NCBI GenBank assembly: GCA_965230295.1
Contig: OZ246001.1
Span: 928,001 to 992,000 of the forward strand
Direction: 5' to 3'
DNA from: Marinicella sp.
GTDB lineage: Bacteria; Pseudomonadota; Gammaproteobacteria; Xanthomonadales; Marinicellaceae
DNA length: 64,000 bases
Numbering within the stretch: position 1 is the stretch's first letter; every line of letters starts with the position of its first letter. The notes below the pieces were generated by a model. It worked only from the letters and a program-made list of their open reading frames with translations. It did no database searches and was not told where the DNA came from. Made by a program: the position numbers and the translations under genes. Positions 1-11,300 of the stretch are shown here, piece after piece.

Positions 1-3000
1 AACTGACACCTGTGATTAAGGAATCAGTGATTCCAGTTGGACTGGTGGTGGTGATTCGTTTAACTTGATTCAGGTCATCGTATTCGTAAGCCAACGTCAT
101 ACCTGATGGATATGACATGCTTGCCAGACGGTCATAAGAATCATAACTGTAACTGATCGTCAGATCATTGAAAGCTGCATAGCTGGTGGCATCAAACCCA
201 CTGACCTCTTGCGCTTTACTCAACAAATTTCCAAAGGCATCATAAGTGAATGCAGTCTGTCCACTTTGATCAATGAAGCCGGTCAGTTGGCCAAGCCCTC
301 CTGCACCTTGGTCATAGAAGAAATAATTGTCCAGGCTGCTGTCAGCATATTCCACCAAAGTCAAACGATTTCTGCCGTCATAAACCCTTTCAACCAGATG
401 ACCATTGGCATCTGTCTTACTGACTTTATTGCCTGCCGCATCATAAGTTTGATGACTGGTTCCACTGTCAGGACTGATCAAGGTGATCAGATTACCAAAA
501 TCATCGTAATGGTGGGTGGTCACATTGCCCCTGGCATCGGTGGTGGTCTTCACCCGGTCAGCCACATCATGACTGAATTGAGTCATGGTGTTGGCCGTTG
601 CAGGGACAGTACCCAAATAATCTTGAGTTTTTTGGGTCAAACGATTGAGGCTGTCATAACTGTAATCAGTCGTCACCCCTTTACCGTTGGTGTAGCTGTT
701 CAAGTCTCCATTGCTGCTGTAATCGTAAGTCACAGAAACACCGGATTGTTGTCTACTGGCCAAGTATCCATATGCATCAAACGATTGGTTGATCACTCGA
801 CTGGGTATCGAAACACCCTTACCAAAGGATTGTTCTGACAACAGGTTTCCTTCACTGTCCAATGTGTACTCAATGCGGTTGTCGGCCTCATCAGTGATCT
901 GTATCAACCGCAATGCATCGTCATAAGTCAGACTCAACCTTGTTGCTTTCGCTGTGCCATAATTCTCAGTCACAGAACTGAGGTGTCCGGTATGCAGATA
1001 GCCATATTGGGTCACCCGAGTTTCGGTGCCAACAGCCATGTATTCAGATGAGGACAACAGCCTATCTGTACTTGGTTCATAAGTGTACTCAATGGTCACA
1101 CCATTGGGCCTTTGCTCTTCGGTTACTTTTCCTGACGCTGACCAGCGAATCTGATCTCGTTCAACCAATCCACCAGGACCAGTCACCCGTTTCAGGCGAT
1201 TCTGCCTGGTTACCACAGGATTGTCTTTGGCATAGTATACGTAGTCTGTCTGATCAATGGCACCTGGTCTGGGACCATCATCCAAGCTGATTTGATTGAA
1301 AGGTCCTGCATAGGTATGAGCGACTGATCGGCTGATGGCAGTGCCATCTGGTCTGAAACCGCTGCTGCTGACAGACGTGACTTGACCATAGTTGTCATAA
1401 ACATAAGAAGTCACTTTGTTTTGACCATTGAAAACCGACGGCTCAGAGATACTGGCAACTTTGCCGTAGAATCGAGAATCATAAGTATAATCAGTGCGGC
1501 GTTCATGAGCACCTACACCAGGTTCATCGGCCTCTATGCGATAAGCAAATTGGCCCTTGGTGTCATAACCCCCGTAGGTGGTTGTGGTGCCTTCGTTGGT
1601 GTGGCTGATTAAATTGTTTTGAGCGTCATAATCGAATGATTCATTACCCAGTTCACAGCCAGAACATCCCGGACCACTGAAACTCTTCAAGCGCCACAAG
1701 TCACCTGATTTCTCAACTTCAAGGCTGCTCACAGCATCCAATGAATTTGTCAGCGTTCTGTTGATATCAGATGTATAAGAGATCGAAATTCGATTAACCC
1801 CATTGGCCAACTCACTGGAAATCAAGCGTCCCTGACCATCATGAACGAAGGTACTGTAACGAATGCCCCGTTGGTCAGTGATGCCGGTCAATAAGCCAGG
1901 ATGCTTACTATTTTCATAATGGAAGATCTTGCGATTCAACCTGAGACTGGACGGATAATTGATATGAGTTATGTTGTCCTGAGTATAAGTAAATGTCCAA
2001 CCACGACTGCTGCTGTCGGTCACACTGTTGATCCTAATAACCGAATCAATCACATCAAAGAAAATGTTGATGTACAAACCATACTCGTCAGTAACACGAA
2101 TGTGATCACTGTTGTGAGTGACTCGGATTCTTTCTCCAGTGTTCAATCGAATTTCATTCAAACGACCCTGTGAATCATAATATTCTTTGTCACCATTCTT
2201 GGCATAAAATGTCCATCCTTTGCTGGTTTGTTCCAAACCGCTTTTCACATGATTGGTGGCCACCCAATTAAATTGCAACCTGTAGTATTGATAGATACGA
2301 CCGTCAGGACGGGTCACATTCACCCACTCAACACCAGATTCATCCAAATAAATACCTGACACGCTGCGGTTGTAATCATGGGTCCAACGCATGCCTGTGT
2401 CACCATGGACAGGCTCTCCAAAGGCATCCACCTCTGTGTGTGAGTTATAAGTCACACCAAATTTCAAACCATGGCCCAGTTTGAGCAAGGGTTCATGGTG
2501 ATGGTGGTTACCAGTGGCCACATTGATCGCTTTGGCGATCACGGTACCGCCACCCTCACCCATGGGTGACATGGTTTGGGGACCCTGGTCGTCTTCGTTG
2601 ACACAACCTTTGTCTGTATTCAAATAAGAACCGACCGGGCAACTGATACCATAGTAGTATGTAGCTTGGTGGTCAATTCCATTCACTTCCGGCCAACGCA
2701 AGAAGCCATCATAAGACCAGTGTGGATGTTCAGCACCGGCATCAGAGTGAACACAAACCTGATCTGGTTCGGACACTTGTGCTGCCGCCATGTTACATAA
2801 AACTTGTGCTTTCGCCACATTTTCACTCAGGTAGTACACCTCAATTTGTTGTGGTACATCATCATCCAAATTAACCAGATTAGTCACTTCAGGAACCACT
2901 GCTGCGTAGGCTACATCAGTACTGTTGATGACATATGTCAGATCATAATTCACGTCATAATCAGTGATTTCATCATCCAGCCCAACCACTGTCAGTGATT

Positions 3001-6000
3001 GACTTTGTGACCAATCGGATGGCGTGAAAGTCAACTGACTGACTGCGATTTGTGCTTCGGTGGCGTCTGAAACATTGAAATCCAAAATCACATCAGCCGT
3101 CGGCTCAACTGACAAAGACACATCAAATTGCGCTTGTAATTGTCCCGCTTCATCGGTTTCAAAGCCACTCAGATTGTTCATGATTACAGCAGCCACATCA
3201 TCATCGATGTTGGTCACACTGACCACAGCCATTGCAAGCCCGTCATAATGACCATCTGTACTACTGACAGCGCCATTGATTGTGTAATCAACATCGCCAT
3301 CAACCACGCCATCGTCCACACCAGTGATCAGCACATCTTGGGCCACATTCCAATTGGCAGCAGTGAAAGTAACACCGCTGTCAACTGTGCCTTCTGAGAC
3401 ATCACTGCTGTTGAAAGCGATGGTCACATCGGCCTCTGGTTCTGAATTCAAAACCACACCAAATTTGGCAGTACCACCTTGCTCGGAGGTGGTCAGACCA
3501 TTCACAGGTAAGACCGTCACACCTGCCACATCATCATCGGTGTTGGTGGCATCAATGGCTGGAATTGCCAAGCCATCGTAGCTGGCATCTGCGCTGCTGA
3601 TTGTGATGCTGACTTGATAGTTTTGATCACCATCAATCAAAGCATCGTCTTGACCCGTTAAGGTGATGGTTTGTTCGGTACTCCAGTTGACTGTGGTAAA
3701 GACCAATCCAGTCGGTGCCACCAAGGCTTCTGATGCATCAGAGCTGTTGAAAGTCACCGTCACGTCAGCGGTAGGTTCAGCCGTCAAACTGATGGTCACA
3801 TCAACCGAACCACCGGCTTCACTGGTTTGCAAAGCCCCTTGTGGAGTGATGATTAACCCTGTGCTGTCATTGTCTTCATTGGTCAAATTAACATCTGCAA
3901 TGACAATGCCTTCGTAATTGACATCGGTACTGCTGCTGGTGAAGCTCAATAAATAAGCTTGGTCACCATCCACCAAAGGATCATCTTGTCCGGTGATTGT
4001 TACCACCTGTGCTTGATTCCAATTGATCGCATCGAACACCATCAAGCTGACATCTACAGTGCCTTCTTCTTCATCAGAACTGAGCAAAGAGACATTCACT
4101 GCATGCAGCGGTTCACTGGTTAAAGTAACTTCAAACTGTGCGGTACCGCCGGCTTCAGTGGTTGTTGTGCCACCAATCGCAGTCACAGAGACTCCGGCTT
4201 GGTCATCATCCGTGTTGGTCAGGCTCAGCGCATCAACCACCAAACCATCATAATTAACGTCAACACTGCTGACTGCCGTATTGATGTCATAGGTCACATC
4301 ACCATCAACCACCGCATCATCTTGACCGATCACATTAATGACTTGTGGCGTGTTCCAATCCGTTGAAGTGAAAGTCAACTGGGCAGGACTGACCTGTCCT
4401 TCGGTTTCAATCGAACTGGATAAATCCAAAATCACATTGTCAGACGGTTCTGTCAACAATGTGACTTCAAAACTGATCACATCACCTGTTTCAGAAGTGG
4501 TAGAACCAGCCAAAGCGGTGAACAGTACACCCGGGATGTCATCATCGACATTGGTCACTTCAAGATCGGCAATTTGTGTGGCAGCGAACTGGGCATCGGC
4601 TGATTGTATCGGACCAAATTGCAAAGCGGCCACCTGATCACCATCCACCAAGGTGTCATCCACACCGGTTACCGTGATGGCTTGTGGTAGCGACCAGTTA
4701 TTCAAATCAAACAACAATTGACTCACATCTGTTGAAATTTCACTGTCGTCACTGACCGTCACAGGTATGATCACATAATCTTCAGGCTGTTGTACCAGTG
4801 TGACATTGACCGTGGCCTGGTCGCCAGCTTCGCTGACCGCATTATCAACAGCCAGAACTTCAATCACCGAGGCATTGATTTGCAAAGTCTCTGTGCTGTA
4901 ACTGACCACCGATGAGGAGCCATCTGAGATTACGGCATACAAATATACCGCATTTCCAGCCAAGGCACTGATGTCCCAATCATAAGAGTCATCACTGTTT
5001 TCAGACAATCCGGCCACAATCAGCACACCATCGGAACCACTGTTGTCCAGATCATAGTACAAATCGATGTTGGCATCCGAGTCGGCATCACTGGCCAACC
5101 ATTCAATGCGGAAATTACTGGCCGCTGTGCTGGTGGCTTGTTGTAAGGAAACAAACTCAAAAGCAGGCACATCATCCACCAGATCATCAATCACAAAAAC
5201 TGACTGTAACGGAGAAAAGGGTGTTTCAGAACCGTCACCATTCAAAGCTTTGGCTTGCCAATAGTATTGGTTGCGATCGGTCATCGCCGGACTCAACGCC
5301 ACGGGCTGATCGACCACTTGTGATGAGAACAACACCGTGGCATCGGCATCTTCATAGATGTCCACTTGGAAAGTCTCGGCAAAACCGGTGTATTGATCAA
5401 TAGCGACCTTCAACTCTGGTGTGACTGTGGAAACCCAGCTTTGGTCGGCCGGGTTAACCGTTTTAATCAAAGGCGCACCGCCTAATTTCTGGGTGGTGAA
5501 TTGGCCGTATTGCCAACGACCGTAGCGGAATTCAGGGATCTTATTGCCCCGTGCTCGCCAATAATAGACTGTGTCATCAGTCAAACCAGTCACTGACCAA
5601 ATGACTTGTCCCGAGACATCAGTTACTTGAGTGAATTGTTGAATACCAGGTGATGTGAAATCTGGTTGCACATCAATTTCAATATCGATAAACACATCCA
5701 GTGGCGCATCCACAATCAAATCCACATCTACTCCGGTCAACGCTTGGTTGACCGGGGCATTCAATTGGTAACCGGTTTGCGGTGAAACGTTAACTCCGCT
5801 GGTGAATTGACTGTCCGCACACAACACTTCGTTGTTACCATCGGTTACTTTGGCGGTCCAGAAATAATCAACAAAAACTTCATATTCATTATAAGGCTGC
5901 CAGCTGCGCAGCTGACCTGAGCTGGCTTGTAACCAACCGGAATCAGCCAACATGATTGTTTTTGCAGCATCTTCAAACACTTCAAAACGATATTGCAAGG

Positions 6001-8263
6001 CATCGCCTTCGGCGTCCAGGCCTTGATTCACAGACAACTCAACGACGTTGTCATTGACTGACAAGCCAGCCTCAGGATACTCCAACCCACAATATTCAGG
6101 CGCGTTGTTCGTGGCACTGAAGAAGAACTCATCGTATGACCAGTTACTGTAGGTGACACCGTCAAACGCCCTTACCCGCCAAATATAACGAACATCTTCA
6201 GTCAAAATTTGACCGTGTGCCCACACGGTGGTGCTTAATTCAGATTCGTCAATGGTTTCGCTGAAGAACAGGTTCTGTAAACTGTTCTCATACATCTCGA
6301 ATTCATAGACCATGGCTGCGTCCACCGCACCCACTGAATTGACAATCATGAATTCAGTGGGCTCCACCGCCACTTGAGCACCTGCCAATGGGCTCTCAAT
6401 CACCACCGCTTGGGGCCGGTCTTCAACCGTAGGATTACCACCATGATCATGTTCTTGTTTATCTGTGGCACTGTCCTGATCAAAATCACCCGTGCCATCT
6501 TCATCCAAATCGCCAAAATGCTCCATTTCCCAGGCATCCAGTAATCCATCACCATCGGTGTCATCCGGGTCTAGTTGGGAGATGATCAATTGCACATTGA
6601 CATCCTCATCAACGGTGCCGTCACTGGCCCTGAACGAGGCATTAAAAGTGCCCTCAGCATCGGGGGTCCAATTAAACTGCCATGTACCCGATCCGGTGGC
6701 GGTTAAGCTTGCGCCTACAGGCAGACTCAATGGCGTCAGGGTCAACACATCCTGGCTGTCGTCATCGGTGACCAGAATATCGAAACTCATGGCTTGATTC
6801 ACATACCCAGTTTGCGGACTGGTCACCGCCACTTCGGGTCTGGCATTGGGTTCCAACCCATCAAATATCACTGTGTAAGTAACCGTGTTTCCATTGTGGC
6901 TGTAACTTTCATAAGTATCAAACAAACCGATGAAATAAGTGAAAACGCCCGGATCGCCCTCCACTTTGTATTGCCAAATATTTTCAGTTGGCAACACTTT
7001 ATTATCATCACGAATCGCGGTGATCATTTGCGGGATGCCTGCATAATCATCAGGCCAGTGAACAAATACTGGATCACCGTCTATTTCCGGAGTCACTGTC
7101 ACTGTCACAAAGCGTCTGTCATTGCTGACGCCGTTGTCTACAACTGCACCCTCCCCCAGTATTTCCAAATTATCTACCCGAACATCCATACCATTGGATT
7201 CATAGACATATAAAGTGTCTCCTGAGAAGGCCAGAAAATCAGTTACCCCATCACGGTCGGCTTCGGCCACTTTGACTTTGTGTAATAGGGTATGAGTTTG
7301 GGGTTGGCCGTCAATCAGGGAAGTTAACTCACCCCCTAAATCATCGGAATGAACATAATCTGCGCTAAAATCTACAAACTGGCCAGTCAATGAAGTCGTC
7401 ATCTGCCAACTGACCATGGCACTTTCCTCAGATGGCAACGTCCCAATGTCAGCCAGCAAGGAAGGCACAACGGGTTGGTCATTCACTGATGTACCTAACA
7501 ATGTAAAGTCAATCAACAGACCCTGATTATTTTCGGTGATGGTGGGTTGGGCCGATTCAATTTTCAGATTGGTGGCCTCACCATCGCCGATGTTTTTGAC
7601 GCGCAACCCCAGGTCGAATGGTTCTGCCGGTTCTATGATCGGTGGTGGTGTGTTGGGATCATCAGCAAACACATCAGCCGGCAGGAAATAATCCAGCTTC
7701 AGAAAAGGCGTAGGTCGCACTTCGATGTAGTCTGGGGCCACTTCAATGGTTTGGCTTTCTTCACCAAATTTGTAATTAACCGTTGCACCAACACCATAAG
7801 TTTCACCAATTTTATTGCCTGCAGGTACAGCTACTTTTCTTGGAATGATTAACCATCGTATTTCAGCCGTTTCACCAGCCGGTAATACGGCCATACCATC
7901 AGTCAATTTGGGCACGTCTTCCAAATCATCTATGGCCAATGGTTGGCCATTAGAATCTTCCAGTCCATCAAGGTAGTCAACGGTGATGAAAAACTTCACA
8001 TCATCCGTACCCTGTGCGTGGTTATAAGAAGCAGTGACCGGATTGCCATCGACATCCCTAAACACCACATTGATGCCCAGTTCACTCAAATCCAGCGCTT
8101 CCAAACCGTTGGTGATCACCATTTTCGCTTCGAACGCCTGACGCTCAAAAGTCACCTCTTGTCTGATTTCAATTTTCACCACCGCGCAGATCAATTCTGC
8201 CAGGGCCATCATGGGTGCCATCAACAACACCATTGCCAACATCATTTTTTTCATCATATTCAT
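1..8263 (-). CDS. Giant secreted multidomain protein (>2750 aa, 3' end outside window): signal peptide, 'CAVVKIEIRQEVTFERQAF' domain, TSP3-like Ca-binding loops, FN3-like repeats, six Calx-beta-like repeats, DUF6531-like segment, YD/Rhs repeats
   Basis: Not in the ORF track because it has no stop in the window. Manual translation from ATG 8263 (or 8257/8254, after AAAGGA) gives MNMMKKMMLAMVLLMAPMMALAELICAVVKIEIRQEVTFERQAFEAKM. The same frame reads DTDGDGLLDAWEMEHFGDLDEDGTGDFDQD (~6480-6570), AINVATGNHHHHEP (~2490-2530) and YSYDSYDRLASMSYPSG at the left edge. Confidence 0.9.
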   Translation of the reverse strand, partial: MNMMKKMMLAMVLLMAPMMALAELICAVVKIEIRQEVTFERQAFEAKMVITNGLEALDLSELGINVVFRDVDGNPVTASYNHAQGTDDVKFFITVDYLDGLEDSNGQPLAIDDLEDVPKLTDGMAVLPAGETAEIRWLIIPRKVAVPAGNKIGETYGVGATVNYKFGEESQTIEVAPDYIEVRPTPFLKLDYFLPADVFADDPNTPPPIIEPAEPFDLGLRVKNIGDGEATNLKIESAQPTITENNQGLLIDFTLLGTSVNDQPVVPSLLADIGTLPSEESAMVSWQMTTSLTGQFVDFSADYVHSDDLGGELTSLIDGQPQTHTLLHKVKVAEADRDGVTDFLAFSGDTLYVYESNGMDVRVDNLEILGEGAVVDNGVSNDRRFVTVTVTPEIDGDPVFVHWPDDYAGIPQMITAIRDDNKVLPTENIWQYKVEGDPGVFTYFIGLFDTYESYSHNGNTVTYTVIFDGLEPNARPEVAVTSPQTGYVNQAMSFDILVTDDDSQDVLTLTPLSLPVGASLTATGSGTWQFNWTPDAEGTFNASFRASDGTVDEDVNVQLIISQLDPDDTDGDGLLDAWEMEHFGDLDEDGTGDFDQDSATDKQEHDHGGNPTVEDRPQAVVIESPLAGAQVAVEPTEFMIVNSVGAVDAAMVYEFEMYENSLQNLFFSETIDESELSTTVWAHGQILTEDVRYIWRVRAFDGVTYSNWSYDEFFFSATNNAPEYCGLEYPEAGLSVNDNVVELSVNQGLDAEGDALQYRFEVFEDAAKTIMLADSGWLQASSGQLRSWQPYNEYEVFVDYFWTAKVTDGNNEVLCADSQFTSGVNVSPQTGYQLNAPVNQALTGVDVDLIVDAPLDVFIDIEIDVQPDFTSPGIQQFTQVTDVSGQVIWSVTGLTDDTVYYWRARGNKIPEFRYGRWQYGQFTTQKLGGAPLIKTVNPADQSWVSTVTPELKVAIDQYTGFAETFQVDIYEDADATVLFSSQVVDQPVALSPAMTDRNQYYWQAKALNGDGSETPFSPLQSVFVIDDLVDDVPAFEFVSLQQATSTAASNFRIEWLASDADSDANIDLYYDLDNSGSDGVLIVAGLSENSDDSYDWDISALAGNAVYLYAVISDGSSSVVSYSTETLQINASVIEVLAVDNAVSEAGDQATVNVTLVQQPEDYVIIPVTVSDDSEISTDVSQLLFDLNNWSLPQAITVTGVDDTLVDGDQVAALQFGPIQSADAQFAATQIADLEVTNVDDDIPGVLFTALAGSTTSETGDVISFEVTLLTEPSDNVILDLSSSIETEGQVSPAQLTFTSTDWNTPQVINVIGQDDAVVDGDVTYDINTAVSSVDVNYDGLVVDALSLTNTDDDQAGVSVTAIGGTTTTEAGGTAQFEVTLTSEPLHAVNVSLLSSDEEEGTVDVSLMVFDAINWNQAQVVTITGQDDPLVDGDQAYLLSFTSSSTDVNYEGIVIADVNLTNEDNDSTGLIITPQGALQTSEAGGSVDVTISLTAEPTADVTVTFNSSDASEALVAPTGLVFTTVNWSTEQTITLTGQDDALIDGDQNYQVSITISSADASYDGLAIPAIDATNTDDDVAGVTVLPVNGLTTSEQGGTAKFGVVLNSEPEADVTIAFNSSDVSEGTVDSGVTFTAANWNVAQDVLITGVDDGVVDGDVDYTINGAVSSTDGHYDGLAMAVVSVTNIDDDVAAVIMNNLSGFETDEAGQLQAQFDVSLSVEPTADVILDFNVSDATEAQIAVSQLTFTPSDWSQSQSLTVVGLDDEITDYDVNYDLTYVINSTDVAYAAVVPEVTNLVNLDDDVPQQIEVYYLSENVAKAQVLCNMAAAQVSEPDQVCVHSDAGAEHPHWSYDGFLRWPEVNGIDHQATYYYGISCPVGSYLNTDKGCVNEDDQGPQTMSPMGEGGGTVIAKAINVATGNHHHHEPLLKLGHGLKFGVTYNSHTEVDAFGEPVHGDTGMRWTHDYNRSVSGIYLDESGVEWVNVTRPDGRIYQYYRLQFNWVATNHVKSGLEQTSKGWTFYAKNGDKEYYDSQGRLNEIRLNTGERIRVTHNSDHIRVTDEYGLYINIFFDVIDSVIRINSVTDSSSRGWTFTYTQDNITHINYPSSLRLNRKIFHYENSKHPGLLTGITDQRGIRYSTFVHDGQGRLISSELANGVNRISISYTSDINRTLTNSLDAVSSLEVEKSGDLWRLKSFSGPGCSGCELGNESFDYDAQNNLISHTNEGTTTTYGGYDTKGQFAYRIEADEPGVGAHERRTDYTYDSRFYGKVASISEPSVFNGQNKVTSYVYDNYGQVTSVSSSGFRPDGTAISRSVAHTYAGPFNQISLDDGPRPGAIDQTDYVYYAKDNPVVTRQNRLKRVTGPGGLVERDQIRWSASGKVTEEQRPNGVTIEYTYEPSTDRLLSSSEYMAVGTETRVTQYGYLHTGHLSSVTENYGTAKATRLSLTYDDALRLIQITDEADNRIEYTLDSEGNLLSEQSFGKGVSIPSRVINQSFDAYGYLASRQQSGVSVTYDYSSNGDLNSYTNGKGVTTDYSYDSLNRLTQKTQDYLGTVPATANTMTQFSHDVADRVKTTTDARGNVTTHHYDDFGNLITLISPDSGTSHQTYDAAGNKVSKTDANGHLVERVYDGRNRLTLVEYADSSLDNYFFYDQGAGGLGQLTGFIDQSGQTAFTYDAFGNLLSKAQEVSGFDATSYAAFNDLTISYSYDSYDRLASMSYPSGMTLAYEYDDLNQVKRITTTSPTGITDSLITGVS
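2855..4870 (-). repeat. Six diverged ~112-aa Calx-beta-like repeats inside the giant CDS
   Basis: Units end in VTNVDDD / TNTDDD / TNEDND / TNTDDD / TNIDDD / VNLDDD at about 335-345 bp spacing. Units carry FxxxxWxxxQ and GxDDxxxDGD-type motifs. Confidence 0.75.
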
Positions 8264-8310
8264 CCTTTATTGAATTGTCTGAATGTATTCTTCGTTCCTG
8301 ATCAAATGGC

Positions 8311-11300
8311 TCACCAGCCGCCTCCGTTGCCGCCGCCTCCGCCACCACCGCCACCACCAGCGCAAGGGTTCGTTTTGGGACATTTGTCGCAACTGTTGTA
8401 CAATTCGATACAACCTTCAAGCTTGCACCCTAATTTCACATCATCTAAGTTATCCAATGTGGCACCGGCATTGCCATAATATCCACTGCTAGAACTAAGA
8501 CCCGCTCCAGCATGGAAAAATGGGACATGGATTTCGCAACCAAAACTGGCTGAAGCACAAGAACTGGGTGGTGGGGGTGGACCTGGAAAAAATCGTTCTT
8601 TGTTGTCAAATCGATTGGTCCCACCTTTACTCCTTTTGTAAGGTCCTATTCCGGCAGACCCTTTGAATTTGGGCCGGTCGTCATCGGCATCGGTGATGTC
8701 TGTTCCAATTCTAAAGGACAGGCAAATTTTTACTTTGACACAAGTCCAGGAAAATTCAAATTTCAATTTGCCACATGTCCTGGCACCCAGCCCCAAACAA
8801 ATACCCCCATCGAATTTAAGCAAACCAGTTGGATCGGTGTATCTTAGTGGCGCATTACTGACGTAGACATACTCATTGGCATCGGCATAAACACCCAATG
8901 GATCACGCTGAATATATCGGCCCAAACCAGGAGCATAATCCCGATTGAAGTTATGGTAGGTAAACGACTCGGGATCTGCATATTGGCCCGGCATCATCAA
9001 TGGATCGGTGTGCCCGTTGACGGCTTGCCAATCATGTGATTCACCAAAAGCAGAGAATTCACGGGCCAGTTGCACCACACCTTGACTGTCGATGATTTTG
9101 TGCGGTGTGCCCAGATGATCATTCAGGTAATAGAAATAACCTTCAGCTGATTTCTTTAAGATCGGTTTGGCCCCTTCTAATTGATGCGGCTCATGTAAAT
9201 AATTAACTGTTGAACCATCGGCAAGACGCTCATGAATCAAACCTTCTTTGCCATAGTGGAAATAGGTGGTTTCATTGTTGGCCAGATCCTTTTTAAAAAT
9301 ACGTCTACCGAACGGGTCGTAATGGTATTCATGGGTAGCTGTTCCGCCACCGTCTTGAATTTGGGTTAAACGCATGGCTTCGTCATAAACGTAGTTATTC
9401 AAAACGCCTAAACCGGCATCAGTGACTTGTGTCATGTTGCCATTGTCATCATAGACATAGGATTGGGTGATGGCATCCACCAGTTGGTTGTTGGCATTGT
9501 ATTGCCAAATGGCATCGTTGGTGGTCAGTGAAGTGGTGCGGTTTCCTACCGCATCATACTGGTACCCTTCGGTTGGTAGGGATGGGTGTGTGGCACTGAT
9601 CAGCTGGTCCAGGTTGTCATATCCAAAAACATGGTTTCCTTGTTGGGTCTCTTTGCTGGTCATGAAACCATAGTCATTGTAGCCATAGACATGCTCCTGA
9701 ATGGGATTGGCTTGGGCGTCAGTGGCCGTGATGCTCATGGTCCGTTGCAGACCATCATAAGTCATCTGTTTCACCACCCCACCAGGCATGGTCACCTGTT
9801 GTGGCTTATTGACCTTAAAATCAGAATAAACGATGTCGCCCTGGTTGGGAATCACCACTTTGGCCAAACGCGCATCATCATAAGAAAATGGGTACTTGAT
9901 GCCATCCACTCCGGTGAAGCTTTTGGTCAAGCCATCTTTGAAATATTCATAGCTGTGGTTGAATGAGTGGCCATGTACGGTCAGAGTTTCACTCAACTTG
10001 TTCAGCTTAAAGTCATAGGTCGCTGTGCCCACCAAAGTGCCGTCTTCATATCGTTCAATAGCTCCACGGTTGTTGAGGGTATAAGTTATGGTATTGACCA
10101 ATTGTTGTTGCCCATCAATGGAGCGAAAGGAGCGGGTTCCGACCTGTCGACTGTCGTCATCGTATAAATATTCAATGCGATTGCCCATGGCATCTTCTTT
10201 GAATGTCACATAATTGTTTTCATCATAAATAAAATGAAACGCTTCATTCATGGGACGAATCACATCTTTCAGATTGTTCGCCAAATCATATTCAAACCGA
10301 TGTCGGTTCAATTTGGCATCATAAAATTCAATCATGTTATCCCGGTCATCATACCGATACTGTTGCTGTAAAACCCCTTCATGATAACGATGGGTCCTTC
10401 TGTTGAGCGCGTCGTATTCAAATGTGATGGTCCGTTCTGCATTGCCGGAAGTTTCAATGATGTTACCTACGGCATCGTATTCGATGTTCATGACATCGAT
10501 TTTGGTCTCACCAGCTTGTTCATAGGTTCGTGTTTCCTGGATGATGCGATTTTGCAGGTCATACCGCAAATCCATACTGTAAGTGGGGAAAACCACCCGG
10601 GTGGGTTGATAAAACGCTCCCGAATTCATCGGTGCATCCACCAATGGTTGATAAGAATATGTGGTGATCAAGCCACTTGCTGTGATCATGGCCGTCATAC
10701 GACCAAAATCATCGTAGGTATAGGTTGTTTCATTACCCTCCTCAGAAATTGCCTTGCTGAGGCTACCTGCCGATGAATACTCGGTGATCAGCTCACCACC
10801 CATTTCATCAGTAACCTTTATTCCACGACCCAATGGATCACTTTCATAAAATCGTTTTGACTGATCTGGATGTTCCACCTCAAGCAAGTGCCCAAGCTTG
10901 TTGTATTTATACTTGGTTTCAAACTGGTTGGGGGTCTGCTTCAAGGTCATGTTGCCGGCATCATCGTACTCAAACGTCCACAGTTTGGTCCTGGCATCTG
11001 TGTATGTTTTGACATTGCCGCGAGCATCATGGGTGAAGAACCGTTCATTCAGTCTGCCATCGGTTGCTTTGTTCATGTTGCCATGGTCATCGTATTCATA
11101 AGTCTTCACTGACTCGGCCGTCTGGGCATCTGCCAAAGATCTGACTTCGGTCACTTGACCATAGGCATCATGAGTCAAGCGATGAATGCGTTCAGCTGGT
11201 TCTCCCACTGCTTCAACCACCTCAAACAAATTGTTGTTGACATAAGAGTAGGTGGTCAAGACACCATTGCGATCACGCATGGTCAGCAAATTGGAATTGG

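Noticed and set aside
8169-8420. 83-aa minus ORF as a possible Rhs immunity gene
   Set aside because: It overlaps both flanking genes out of frame and is low complexity, with no clear RBS.
209-8492. Many short plus-strand ORFs
   Set aside because: They are antisense shadows of the long minus-strand CDS, which carries coherent domains.
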